Source: Candidatus Sericytochromatia bacterium
GTDB lineage: Bacteria > Cyanobacteriota > Sericytochromatia > S15B-MN24 > JAQBPE01
Reading direction: 5' to 3'
Length of the DNA stretch: 12,638 nucleotides
Assembly: GCA_035285125.1 (NCBI GenBank)
Contig: JAYKHR010000163.1
Span: forward strand, 1-12,638
Position numbers and translations under genes: made by a program. How positions within the stretch are numbered: the first letter of the stretch is position 1; the number at the start of each line of letters is the position of its first letter. Shown here piece after piece: positions 1 to 7,550 of the stretch. Below the pieces are notes generated by a model, which worked only from the letters and a program-made list of their open reading frames with translations, did no database searches and was not told where the DNA came from.

Positions 1-81
1 CCTGTCACCGCTCGAAAAGGGCGTTACGTCTACATCGTACCCGCAGCCCCGGTGTCGCGAAACGCCCGGGAGGCCCCCTGA
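1..81 (+). CDS. Possible 3' end of an upstream gene (PVTARKGRYVYIVPAAPVSRNAREAP*)
   Basis: Frame 1 is open from the window edge to TGA at 79-81, just before a GC-rich hairpin that separates it from the convergent 128..556 gene. Too short to identify. Confidence 0.35.
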   Translation, partial: PVTARKGRYVYIVPAAPVSRNAREAP

Positions 82-113
82 AAAGCGGAAGGGCCCGCCT
101 TGTGGGCGGGCCC
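81..113 (-). terminator. Intrinsic terminator-like hairpin, possibly bidirectional
   Basis: Stem GGGCCCGCC (91-99) pairs with GGCGGGCCC (105-113) around a 5-nt loop. On the minus strand it is followed by TTCCGCTTTT (90-81). It lies 14 nt downstream of the stop of the 128..556 gene. Confidence 0.7.
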
Positions 114-127
114 CTGCCGACGCGGGC

Positions 128-556
128 CTAGTCGCGTCGGCCATGCGGCAGGTGCCGCATCCAGTCGCTCCCAAGTCTGGAGAAGAAATCGTGGGCGTTG
201 ATGACGTCGTCCGAAGAGATGGGCGTGAGCTTAGAAAACTTTTCTTCCTCCCGCCGCGAGGAGAAAATGCCGCGGGGCCGGATGGCGGCCACAGCCGGGG
301 CGCCCGCACTGACGGGTTCGCGCTCGTGGCGCTCGGGGGCTGGGGCGTCGCCCGCCTCGTATTCCACCCCGACAATTGCCACGCCCGCGGGCTGCTGGCA
401 GGCGGTGCAGTGGACCCGGACCACCCAGTAGTCTTTCTCCTCTCGGAGGAGTTTCACGCCCTCTGGCGTGAAGGCGTGCTGGCAGTGCGCGCAGCGAAGC
501 TTCCGGAAGTGCTCTTGAACGACGGTGAAGTTCTTCATGACGCTCTCATCTCCCAT
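128..556 (-). CDS. Conserved hypothetical zinc-ribbon protein (CxxC...CxxC)
   Basis: 142 aa with CAHC and CTAC pairs, a Pro/Ala linker and a C-terminal PISSDDVINAHDFF...DW motif. I recall this layout from uncharacterised Chloroflexota/Vampirovibrionia proteins. Followed by a terminator. Confidence 0.8.
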   Translation of the reverse strand: MGDESVMKNFTVVQEHFRKLRCAHCQHAFTPEGVKLLREEKDYWVVRVHCTACQQPAGVAIVGVEYEAGDAPAPERHEREPVSAGAPAVAAIRPRGIFSSRREEEKFSKLTPISSDDVINAHDFFSRLGSDWMRHLPHGRRD

Positions 557-723
557 CGAGACAGCGCACCCGCCACACCCGATGATTCAGACCTGACACG
601 GCCGGACTCCACAGCCTTCCCCGGGCTGAAATCCGCTCACCGCGTGGTTTCCTGACGATTTGCCAAGCCCTTCATACCCGCCTGATCCCAAACCTAACCG
701 GCACCCGTCCAACTTTGAAGATT

Positions 724-1467
724 TTAACGAAGGGGGGCGCGATGCGGCGTGCCGGCCTTTCTTGGGTAGTCGCGAGGGGTCGGAGCATGTTTCTCGATCA
801 CATACAGGTGGCGATCGCCATGCTCTCCCGGTAAGGTGACGTGTTCTGTCGCGACCAGCCGCCCGCGCAGCAGTTGCAGGGCCCGGGCACTCTCCGCGAG
901 CTCGTCCGGTCCCTTGGCGCCCTTCGACACCACCAGGCACCCGCCCGGCCGGACGAACGGCAAACAGAGCTCGAGCAACTCGGGGAGGCTCGCGAGCGCG
1001 CGAGCCGTCACGACGTCGTAGGCATCCCGGTGCGCGGGCTGCCGCGCCAGGTCCTCCGCGCGCCCGTGCAGGCCCTCCGCGTTGGCGAGCCCGAGCCTGG
1101 CGGCCGCGTCACAAACGAAGGCCACCTTCTTGCCGACGGCGTCGAGCATCGCCACGTGCCAGTGAGGTCGGACGATGGCCAGCGGAATGCCCGGCAGGCC
1201 CGCGCCGGCCCCGACGTCGAGCAGGCGCAGGGGGGCATCCTGACGATCGGCTGGGATGCCGCGCAAGAACAGCAGCGAGTCGAGGTAGTGCTTCACCACG
1301 GCCTCCCCCGGCTCCACAATCCGCGTCAGGTTGGTCTTGGCGTTGGCCTCGACCAGCGCGGCGTGGAACCGCTGAAGGGCCTCGCGGGCCTCGGAGGGAA
1401 CCGCGATCGCGAGGGCTGCAGCCTGCTGAGGCAGGTCCTGCCAGGGGTTGAAGGAAGTATCCGACAT
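724..1467 (-). CDS. rsmG: 16S rRNA (guanine(527)-N7)-methyltransferase RsmG (GidB)
   Basis: Signature motifs NLTRI, KHYLDSL, SAM-binding DVGAGAGLPGIPLAI, GRAE, YDVVTARALA and C-terminal TPRDYPRKAGTP. ATG at 1467 preferred over TTG at 1476. Confidence 0.95.
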   Translation of the reverse strand: MSDTSFNPWQDLPQQAAALAIAVPSEAREALQRFHAALVEANAKTNLTRIVEPGEAVVKHYLDSLLFLRGIPADRQDAPLRLLDVGAGAGLPGIPLAIVRPHWHVAMLDAVGKKVAFVCDAAARLGLANAEGLHGRAEDLARQPAHRDAYDVVTARALASLPELLELCLPFVRPGGCLVVSKGAKGPDELAESARALQLLRGRLVATEHVTLPGEHGDRHLYVIEKHAPTPRDYPRKAGTPHRAPLR

Positions 1468-1476
1468 GGAAGGCAA

Positions 1477-1527
1477 GTTTCTCTTAACTGTTTCTATATC
1501 TTACCTTAACACCCCTTCTAACAGGAG
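1477..1527. promoter_or_regulatory. AT-rich divergent promoter region with RBS
   Basis: Markedly AT-rich island between divergent rsmG and the 1539 gene. Contains CTTAAC at 1483 and 1505 and an AGGAG RBS at 1523-1527. Confidence 0.6.
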
Positions 1528-1538
1528 CCTCCCCCCCG

Positions 1539-2039
1539 ATGCAGATCCGTTCAACCCTGCCCCTCACCACCCGCCCCGTGGCCGCGTCCCCGCGCCCGAC
1601 CACGGCATCGACAGCGACGCCGGCCCAGGCCCCCGCGCCAGGCAAGATCGTCGCCAAGAACGCCGACGCCGCCTTCGGCTCGGACATCTTCCAGGCTGCC
1701 ACCTACGGCCTCACCAACCTCGGCCAGATCGTCACGCTGCCCTCGTTCCTGGGCGGCCTCGTACGCGCCCTGCCGATGCAGGCCCTCGGCGCCTTTAACC
1801 TCGGGATGGGCCTGTTCAACGGCTACAAGGACATCAAAGGCCTCAAGGACCCGAAGAACACCCGCGCCTGGGACAACCACATCCGCCTGGGCGCCGACGC
1901 GGCGCTCGTGGCCGGCGGCGCGCTGATCCTGGGCGGTGCCCTGCTCTCCCCTGCGTTGCCCCTCGTGGGTGCCGGCCTGGCGGCCGCCGGCTTCTTCGCT
2001 CGCACCGTGGGCATCTGGAACGACGAGTCCAGGCTCTGA
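1539..2039 (+). CDS. Hypothetical membrane protein with a Pro/Thr/Ala-rich N-terminus
   Basis: AGGAG RBS, strong GC3 bias, Gly/Ala/Leu-rich hydrophobic segments (e.g. ALVAGGALILGGALLSPALPLVGAGLAAAGFF) and a downstream hairpin. Confidence 0.8.
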   Translation: MQIRSTLPLTTRPVAASPRPTTASTATPAQAPAPGKIVAKNADAAFGSDIFQAATYGLTNLGQIVTLPSFLGGLVRALPMQALGAFNLGMGLFNGYKDIKGLKDPKNTRAWDNHIRLGADAALVAGGALILGGALLSPALPLVGAGLAAAGFFARTVGIWNDESRL

Positions 2040-2058
2040 GCCTCCCGCCGAGGCCGAA

Positions 2059-2101
2059 CGGACAGGCGCTCTCCCGGGGGGGAAGGGCGCCTGTTCGGTT
2101 T
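2059..2101 (+). terminator. Terminator-like hairpin between convergent genes
   Basis: ACAGGCGCTCT (2062-2072) pairs with AGGGCGCCTGT (2084-2094) with one G:U pair, followed by TCGGTTT. Confidence 0.6.
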
Positions 2102-2203
2102 GGGGGCCCGCGGCGGGGGCTGGGCCACCGGGTCGAGCCGGGCACGCGAAGCCGGCGCCCCGTGCCCTTCAAGCCCGTCGCCCCGCGGGTGCGGCCTCGC
2201 TGA

Positions 2204-2875
2204 TCAGGGTCGGCCCCGCCTCCCGAGGTGCCGCTCGAAGAAAGCGGCAGCGGCCTTTGCCACGGCCTCCAGCGTCCCGGGCTCCTCGAAGAGGTGGGTG
2301 GCACCCGGCACGATCACGAGCTCCACGGGAGCCCGCAACTGCGCGGCCGCCTCGCGGTTGAGGCTCAGCACCGTGGGGTCCTCGCCGCCCACCAGCAGCA
2401 GCGTCGGCGCCTGGACCTCGGCCAGGGCCGGGCCCGCCAGATCGGGTCGGCCGCCGCGCGACACGACGGCCCACACGCAGGCGGGGCGCTCAGCCGCCGC
2501 TATGAGGGCCGCCGCCGCCCCCGTGCTGGCCCCGAAGTAGCCCAGCGGCAGGCCTCGACAGGTGGGCAGTTGCCCGACCCAGTCCGTCACCTCGACCAGG
2601 CGACGGGCGAGCAGCCCGATGTCGAAGCGCCAGGCGGCCGTGACGGCGTCTTCTTGCTCCTCGGTCGGGGTCAGGAGGTCGAACAGCAGCGTGCCGAGGC
2701 CCGCGCGCCCCAGCACCTCCGCCACGTAGCGGTTGCGCGGGCTTTGCCGGCTGCTGCCGCTGCCGTGGGCGAAGAGCACGAGGCCCTGCGCGCCGGACGG
2801 CAGGGTCAAGGCGCCCGCCAGCCGAACGGCGGTCGCGGGGATGGTGAGTTCCTGAGGGCAGGTGGTGGGTTCCAC
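2204..2875 (-). CDS. Dienelactone-hydrolase-like alpha/beta hydrolase (phosphoribosyltransferase-associated type)
   Basis: FAHGSGSSRQSPRN, nucleophile elbow GASTG, VVSRGGRPDLA, acid in GGED and His in GATHLFEEPG. GTG start preceded by GGAGG. Confidence 0.9.
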   Translation of the reverse strand: MEPTTCPQELTIPATAVRLAGALTLPSGAQGLVLFAHGSGSSRQSPRNRYVAEVLGRAGLGTLLFDLLTPTEEQEDAVTAAWRFDIGLLARRLVEVTDWVGQLPTCRGLPLGYFGASTGAAAALIAAAERPACVWAVVSRGGRPDLAGPALAEVQAPTLLLVGGEDPTVLSLNREAAAQLRAPVELVIVPGATHLFEEPGTLEAVAKAAAAFFERHLGRRGRP

Positions 2876-2905
2876 GTTCGGGTCCTCCCACCTCCCACCA
2901 TGCCG

Positions 2906-3106
2906 TCAGCGCCACGGGGCGGCCACAGGCGGTCGGGGGTGGGGCGCCGATTCCACGCGTGAGACCGGCGCCGACTCGCCGAGTTCCCGGGCGATCGCCT
3001 CGAGCGAAGCCTCCAGGCGGTCGAACATCCCGCCCGTTTCTGCTTTCATGTAAGGCCATGGCCCCCCGCCGTGCGGGATGAAGTACGTGGGCAGGCGTTT
3101 GGCCAT
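2906..3106 (-). pseudogene. Truncated class III extradiol ring-cleavage dioxygenase (LigB/YgiD/DODA family), N-terminal fragment
   Basis: MAKRLPTYFIPHGGGPWPYM...LEASLEAIARELG matches the family N-terminus (PTYFISHGGGPWP). The expected next motif (P.AILxISxHW) is absent, the frame turns into Pro-rich sequence and stops at 66 aa, and the next gene starts 30 nt later. Confidence 0.8.
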
Positions 3107-3156
3107 CGGTCGCCCCCCCCCTGCCAGGATGTCCTACGTAGAACTATAGCGTCACG

Positions 3157-4170
3157 ATGCCCACCGAACACCCCCCCTCGCTTTTGCCCCCCACCCTCGA
3201 CGCCGTGGAGGCTGCCGTGAAGCGGCTCGCTGGCGTCGCCGTGCGCACGCCACTGCTGGAGTCTCCCGTGCTAAACGCCCGCCTCGGGGGGCGCGTGCTG
3301 CTCAAGGCCGAGGCGCTCCAGCGCACGGGCTCGTTCAAGTTTCGTGGGGCCTGGAACCGGATCTCGCAGCTTGACCCAGCCGCGGTGCCGGCGGGCGTGG
3401 TCGCCTATTCGTCGGGCAACCACGCCCAGGCCGTGGCGGCGGCTGCGGCGCGGCGGGGGCTGCCAGCGACGATCGTGATGCCCCTCGACTCACCGCCGCT
3501 CAAGATCGCACACACGCGGGCCCACGGCGCGGAGATCGTGCTGTACGACCGAGAGACGGCCAACCGCGAGGCCACGGCGATTGCCATCTGCGACTGCACG
3601 GGGGCGGTGCTCGTGCCCCCCTTCGAGGACCCCCATGTGATCGCAGGCCAGGCCACCGTGGGGCTCGAGCTCGCGGCGCAGGCGGCCGACCTCGATGCCG
3701 CGCTCGACGACGTGCTCGTGTGCTGCTCGGGCGGCGGCCTGATCGCCGGCGTGGCGCTGGCGCTCGAGGCCCGCAGCCCGGGCACGCGAGTATGGGCCGT
3801 CGAGCCCGACGAATTCGACGACACGGCGCGCTCGCTGGCCTCGGGCCAGCGGGAGCGCAACGCACGGGCCGGGGGCGGGCTGTGCGACGCCCTGCTGGTG
3901 CCCACACCGGGCGAGCTGACGTTCTCGATCAACCAGCGGCTGCTGGCGGGCGCCCTGCTGGTCTCTGATGCCGAGGTGCGCGAGGCGATGCGGTTCGCCT
4001 TCGAGCACCTCAAGCTGGTGGTCGAACCGGGTGGTGCCGCCGCGCTGGCGGCCGTCCTCGCGGGGCGCCTGCCCGTGGCAGGACGCACCGTCGGCGTGGT
4101 GGTGTCGGGCGGCAACGTCGACCCCGCGCTGTTCGCCGAGGTGCTGGCCGAGGGCCCGCGGGTCGGGTAA
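3157..4170 (+). CDS. PLP-dependent threonine/serine dehydratase (fold type II, no ACT domain)
   Basis: KAEALQRTGSFKFRGA (PLP lysine), SSGNHAQAVA, GQATVGLE, SGGGLIAG, VEPGGA and SGGNVD motifs. Confidence 0.93.
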   Translation: MPTEHPPSLLPPTLDAVEAAVKRLAGVAVRTPLLESPVLNARLGGRVLLKAEALQRTGSFKFRGAWNRISQLDPAAVPAGVVAYSSGNHAQAVAAAAARRGLPATIVMPLDSPPLKIAHTRAHGAEIVLYDRETANREATAIAICDCTGAVLVPPFEDPHVIAGQATVGLELAAQAADLDAALDDVLVCCSGGGLIAGVALALEARSPGTRVWAVEPDEFDDTARSLASGQRERNARAGGGLCDALLVPTPGELTFSINQRLLAGALLVSDAEVREAMRFAFEHLKLVVEPGGAAALAAVLAGRLPVAGRTVGVVVSGGNVDPALFAEVLAEGPRVG

Positions 4171-4336
4171 GGCCCAGGGCCGGGCGCACTTCAGGCATCA
4201 TCGTGGCTGACGGTGGCTAGGATTCTCGTTGAGCTCCGAGCTCCGGGTTCCGAATGCGATAAGGCCCAGCCGCCGCGTTTCCCGGCACCTACGCCCGGGT
4301 AGTTCGGAAGCGTCACCCTCACGTCAGGAGGCGCCC

Positions 4337-4861
4337 TTGGCCCGCCCGGAGTTCCAACCCGCGTTCGGCACCCACCCCGTGCCCCAACTGCTCGAGGACC
4401 TGGGGGAGTTCGCCGCCGACGTGAAGGGCTACTTCAGCGGCCGCTTCAAGCTCGCGCCGGGCAGCGCGGAGGTTTGGCTCGGGGGACCCGAGTGTGCGGG
4501 AGAGTTTGCGATCTTCGGGCACGACGCCGATGGGTCCTGCTACGGCTTCTGGCTCTACGACGGCCGCCCACTGGCCGACGCCCCCGTGGTCTACCTCAAC
4601 GCGGGGCACAGTGGCAGCACGGTGATCGCCAGGGACCTCGAGGAGTTCCTCTCGCTGCTCGCCCTGGACGTCACGGACCTCGGGATCTACTACGACGAGG
4701 CCAGCCGCCCCCGCAAGCACAGCGCGGGGCACACGGCCTTCGTCACCTGGCTGGCCGAGTGCTTCGGCATCCAGCCAGCCGTTCACCCGGAGCGCCTCGT
4801 GAAGCGAGCCGCGGCAGCCCACCCCACGCTGGCCTCCCGCTTCGGCAAGCGCGGCGCCTGA
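4337..4861 (+). CDS. SUKH (SMI1/KNR4)-like putative immunity protein
   Basis: AGGAGG RBS at 4326-4331 then an in-frame TTG at 4337, giving 174 aa. The pattern FAIFGHDADGSCYGFW...DAPVVYL...VIARDLEEFLSLLA is typical of SUKH C-terminal strands and helix. Confidence 0.65.
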   Translation: MARPEFQPAFGTHPVPQLLEDLGEFAADVKGYFSGRFKLAPGSAEVWLGGPECAGEFAIFGHDADGSCYGFWLYDGRPLADAPVVYLNAGHSGSTVIARDLEEFLSLLALDVTDLGIYYDEASRPRKHSAGHTAFVTWLAECFGIQPAVHPERLVKRAAAAHPTLASRFGKRGA

Positions 4862-4900
4862 GCCCGTATCGGGAGCCAGCCTGGCGGGTATGGAGGAACC

Positions 4901-6169
4901 GTGGATCCTGCCCTGCGTCGTCCGCTTCACCTCGCCCCCCGGCGCATTCTCGCAGCCGCGCTCGCGGCCTGGCTCTGCCAGCCCGGCGAAACGCTCGCGC
5001 AGGTCGACTCGGAGCCCCCGCCCGACCCCCTCTCTGAGTTCGAGCTCTACGAGGGGGAGGCACCTGTCGACGACCACACCTTCCTGCGCAAGGTGGCGCC
5101 CGTCGCGCCGGCGCTGTCGGCACGACGCCTCCGGTATCAGGGCGTGGAGTGGGCCGAGGCAACCGCCCCTGCGGGGCAGATCATCGCCATCATCGGCGCG
5201 GGCCTGCTCGGCGGCGGTTTCGTCGCCAGCAGCCTGGGGCGATCAAGCCTCTGGCCCGCGGATGTGGGGGCCCAGTTGCTCGCCCTCGGGGCCGGGCTCC
5301 AGACCACCGGCCTCGTGACCACGGGGGTGGGCGCAACGGCCTGGGTGGGGGCGCTGGGGGCTCAGGGGGCCCTCGCGCCGCGCGTCCGGCCGTTCTACCT
5401 GCTCGAGGCCGAGCGCGCGGCGGCCAAGTACAACGTCCTGAACCGCGGCCTACCACCGCTGCGCGTGCGGCGCCTGGAGGCCCTGCGAAGTCTGACGGAG
5501 CCCGGCGCCCAGGCTGGCGCCGGGCGGGCCGCCGCCGTGCCGACCTCGTACCTCTCGACCGAAACGGCCCAGGTGCTATCGGACGGCGTGTGGCTGGCCT
5601 CCGTGGGGGCCCCCACCGGCAGCCTCCCGCTGCTGCTGGCCGTCGGCGTGGGCGGCCAGGCGGAGGCCGATCTCGCGCTGGGGCTCCAGGGCAGCTCTTC
5701 CGGCCACGTGATGGGGCACGCCGGGGCGGCCTGGAAGCATCGCCTCGTGACCACGAGCGGCAGCCAGCTCGCGTTGCGGGCGGCGCTGGGCGTCACGGGC
5801 CTGGGCGACATGGCGCCAGCCGCGGCGGGGGCGACGCTCTCGATGCCCGTCAGCTTCTCGCTCGGGCCCGTGACGCTGACGACCACCCCCCAGGCCCGCC
5901 TCGCGGACCTCTCGGCCGCGCGGCTGGGGCTGGAGGTCGGGGGCAGCGTGGGCGCCGCCTGGCGGGTGGGCGGGGGCTGGAGCCTGCTGGGCGACGTGGC
6001 GCCACGCGTGGGGCTGGCTGGCGGCTTCGACGCCCCCGCGGGCCTGGGGCTGCGCTACCAGGCCTCCGACCAGGCCTGCCTGGACCTCACGGTCGGGCAC
6101 CTCGGCCTGCGGCCGGAGGTGCAAGGCCGGGCCGGGCTGCTGGCTGTCGTGGGGCACGTGAGGCTGTAA
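4901..6169 (+). CDS. Hypothetical exported protein with two hydrophobic helices and a C-terminal beta-barrel-like domain
   Basis: GGAGG at 4892-4896 and a GTG start. Signal-peptide-like N-terminus (RRILAAALAAWLC...TLA). The C-terminal ~200 aa show alternating amphipathic strands (SLLGDVAP, GLGLRYQ, LDLTVG). Confidence 0.65.
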   Translation: MDPALRRPLHLAPRRILAAALAAWLCQPGETLAQVDSEPPPDPLSEFELYEGEAPVDDHTFLRKVAPVAPALSARRLRYQGVEWAEATAPAGQIIAIIGAGLLGGGFVASSLGRSSLWPADVGAQLLALGAGLQTTGLVTTGVGATAWVGALGAQGALAPRVRPFYLLEAERAAAKYNVLNRGLPPLRVRRLEALRSLTEPGAQAGAGRAAAVPTSYLSTETAQVLSDGVWLASVGAPTGSLPLLLAVGVGGQAEADLALGLQGSSSGHVMGHAGAAWKHRLVTTSGSQLALRAALGVTGLGDMAPAAAGATLSMPVSFSLGPVTLTTTPQARLADLSAARLGLEVGGSVGAAWRVGGGWSLLGDVAPRVGLAGGFDAPAGLGLRYQASDQACLDLTVGHLGLRPEVQGRAGLLAVVGHVRL

Positions 6170-6218
6170 GGCCCGCGGACGACGTTTGGCAGAGCGGAAC
6201 GCCAGGGATGTACCGGCT

Positions 6219-7511
6219 ATGACGACCACGCCCTCAAGGCCCCCGCCCCGCGCTGGTGGCTCCGCGCAGCCTCCCCGGCCTGGCCGTCGCCAGTTGCTCC
6301 GCGGGGCCGTCACCGCGCTCGCGCTCGCGCTCGCGGGGTGCGGCGCGGAGCCGCCTGGGCGCACCTGGGCCCTGCCCGCGGCGACCCACGACGGCCCCTG
6401 GGCGCCTTACGACGGCGCCGTGGAGGCGCTCTCCCCGGGCCACCAGCGGGGCCTGCAGGAGGTCGCCCGCGCCTGGGGTGACGTGGCTGCGGCCCTGCAG
6501 GGGACGGCCGTGTCGCCGGAGGGCTGGGCGTCGCTGCGGGCCGCCTGCTGGCCCGACCGCTACCCGGCGGGGTGGACCTCCCCTTTCCCGCCAGGCCCCA
6601 CGGCGGAGCCCAGCGGGCTGGATCTGGCCAGCCCCTTCGTGCGTCGGTTCGGCGACGTGATCGCGGAGACGGGCCCGGGGGAATTCACGCCCGTCGCGCT
6701 GCGGGGGCCGACGTGGCACGCGCACACCGCATTCCAGCAAGCGCCCGACGGCCGGGTGCACGACATCGTGACCCTGACCACCGGCGCTGGGGGCGAGCGC
6801 TTGGCCGGCCTCAACGTCAGGGCTCGGCCGACGACGGGGCCGTGTGACGAGGCCTGGGCCGGCCAGCCCGGCGTCGCCCCACCCACGGCCTGCCTGCTGG
6901 CCCTCGAGGACGTCACCCTCAGCGGATCCGGGCTGCTGAAGGGCCGGTCGGCGTCGGGGCACTCGTGGTTGGCCGAAGGCCTTGCGGACAGCGGCACCAG
7001 CGTCGTGGGGGGCGTCCGCGTGCCCCGAGGCTGGCGGGTGCGCGCCGTGGCGGCCGACGTGACGGTCGAAGGCACGGTGCGGCTGGCCGCCGTGCCCACG
7101 TGGGAGGCTCCCGTGAGCGAGGCGGAGGGGCAGGCCACGGTGGCGACGTCCCGAGGCGTGGAGCGGCTGCAGCTCTCGTGGCAGCAGGGCGGCCCCACGC
7201 ACGTCACCTTCGCAGGCGGCAGCCTCCGGCTGGATCTCGACGGCAGCGAGCTGCCGCGCGTGCTGGACCCGCGCGACGGCAGCGTCGAGGCCCTGCTGGA
7301 GCGCCACGGGGAGGTGGGGGGCGTGTGGGTGGCTGCGATCCTGCGCCGGGACGGCTCCCGCAAGTCGTACGTGCTCGGTCCGGCGGACTGGCGGCGGTGG
7401 CCCCTGTCGCCGGCCCGCGACGAGGCGCCGGTGCGCGACGGCGAGGGCTTCGGACCAACGCCCCGGCGCGCCCCGGCGGCCCTGGCGCCGCGGCTGGACC
7501 CTGGGTTCTGA
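6219..7511 (+). CDS. Hypothetical lipoprotein with a twin-arginine (Tat)-like signal
   Basis: GRRQLLRG followed by a hydrophobic stretch and lipobox LAGC. Co-oriented with neighbours at 49 and 39 bp spacing. About 15 Trp in 430 aa. The start could alternatively be TTG at 6186. Confidence 0.6.
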   Translation: MTTTPSRPPPRAGGSAQPPRPGRRQLLRGAVTALALALAGCGAEPPGRTWALPAATHDGPWAPYDGAVEALSPGHQRGLQEVARAWGDVAAALQGTAVSPEGWASLRAACWPDRYPAGWTSPFPPGPTAEPSGLDLASPFVRRFGDVIAETGPGEFTPVALRGPTWHAHTAFQQAPDGRVHDIVTLTTGAGGERLAGLNVRARPTTGPCDEAWAGQPGVAPPTACLLALEDVTLSGSGLLKGRSASGHSWLAEGLADSGTSVVGGVRVPRGWRVRAVAADVTVEGTVRLAAVPTWEAPVSEAEGQATVATSRGVERLQLSWQQGGPTHVTFAGGSLRLDLDGSELPRVLDPRDGSVEALLERHGEVGGVWVAAILRRDGSRKSYVLGPADWRRWPLSPARDEAPVRDGEGFGPTPRRAPAALAPRLDPGF

Positions 7512-7550
7512 GGCTGGCAAGTTTGCAGCCACCCGGGCGACAATGAACGG

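Noticed and set aside
600..670. Possible c-di-GMP-I riboswitch on the minus strand (GGCAAATCGTCAGGAAACCACG...)
   Set aside because: GGCAAA and GAAA are present, but the P2 stem pairs poorly and the conserved GACGCAAAGC junction is missing.
1531..1537. C7 tract between RBS and ATG (also C9 at 3113-3121) as phase-variation sites
   Set aside because: Short C/G runs are expected at this GC content and there is no evidence of length variation.
4229..4336. N-terminal extension of the SUKH-like ORF and a GAGCTCC tandem repeat (4231-4244)
   Set aside because: The extension lacks coding bias and the AGGAGG RBS points to 4337. A two-copy 7-mer is not significant.
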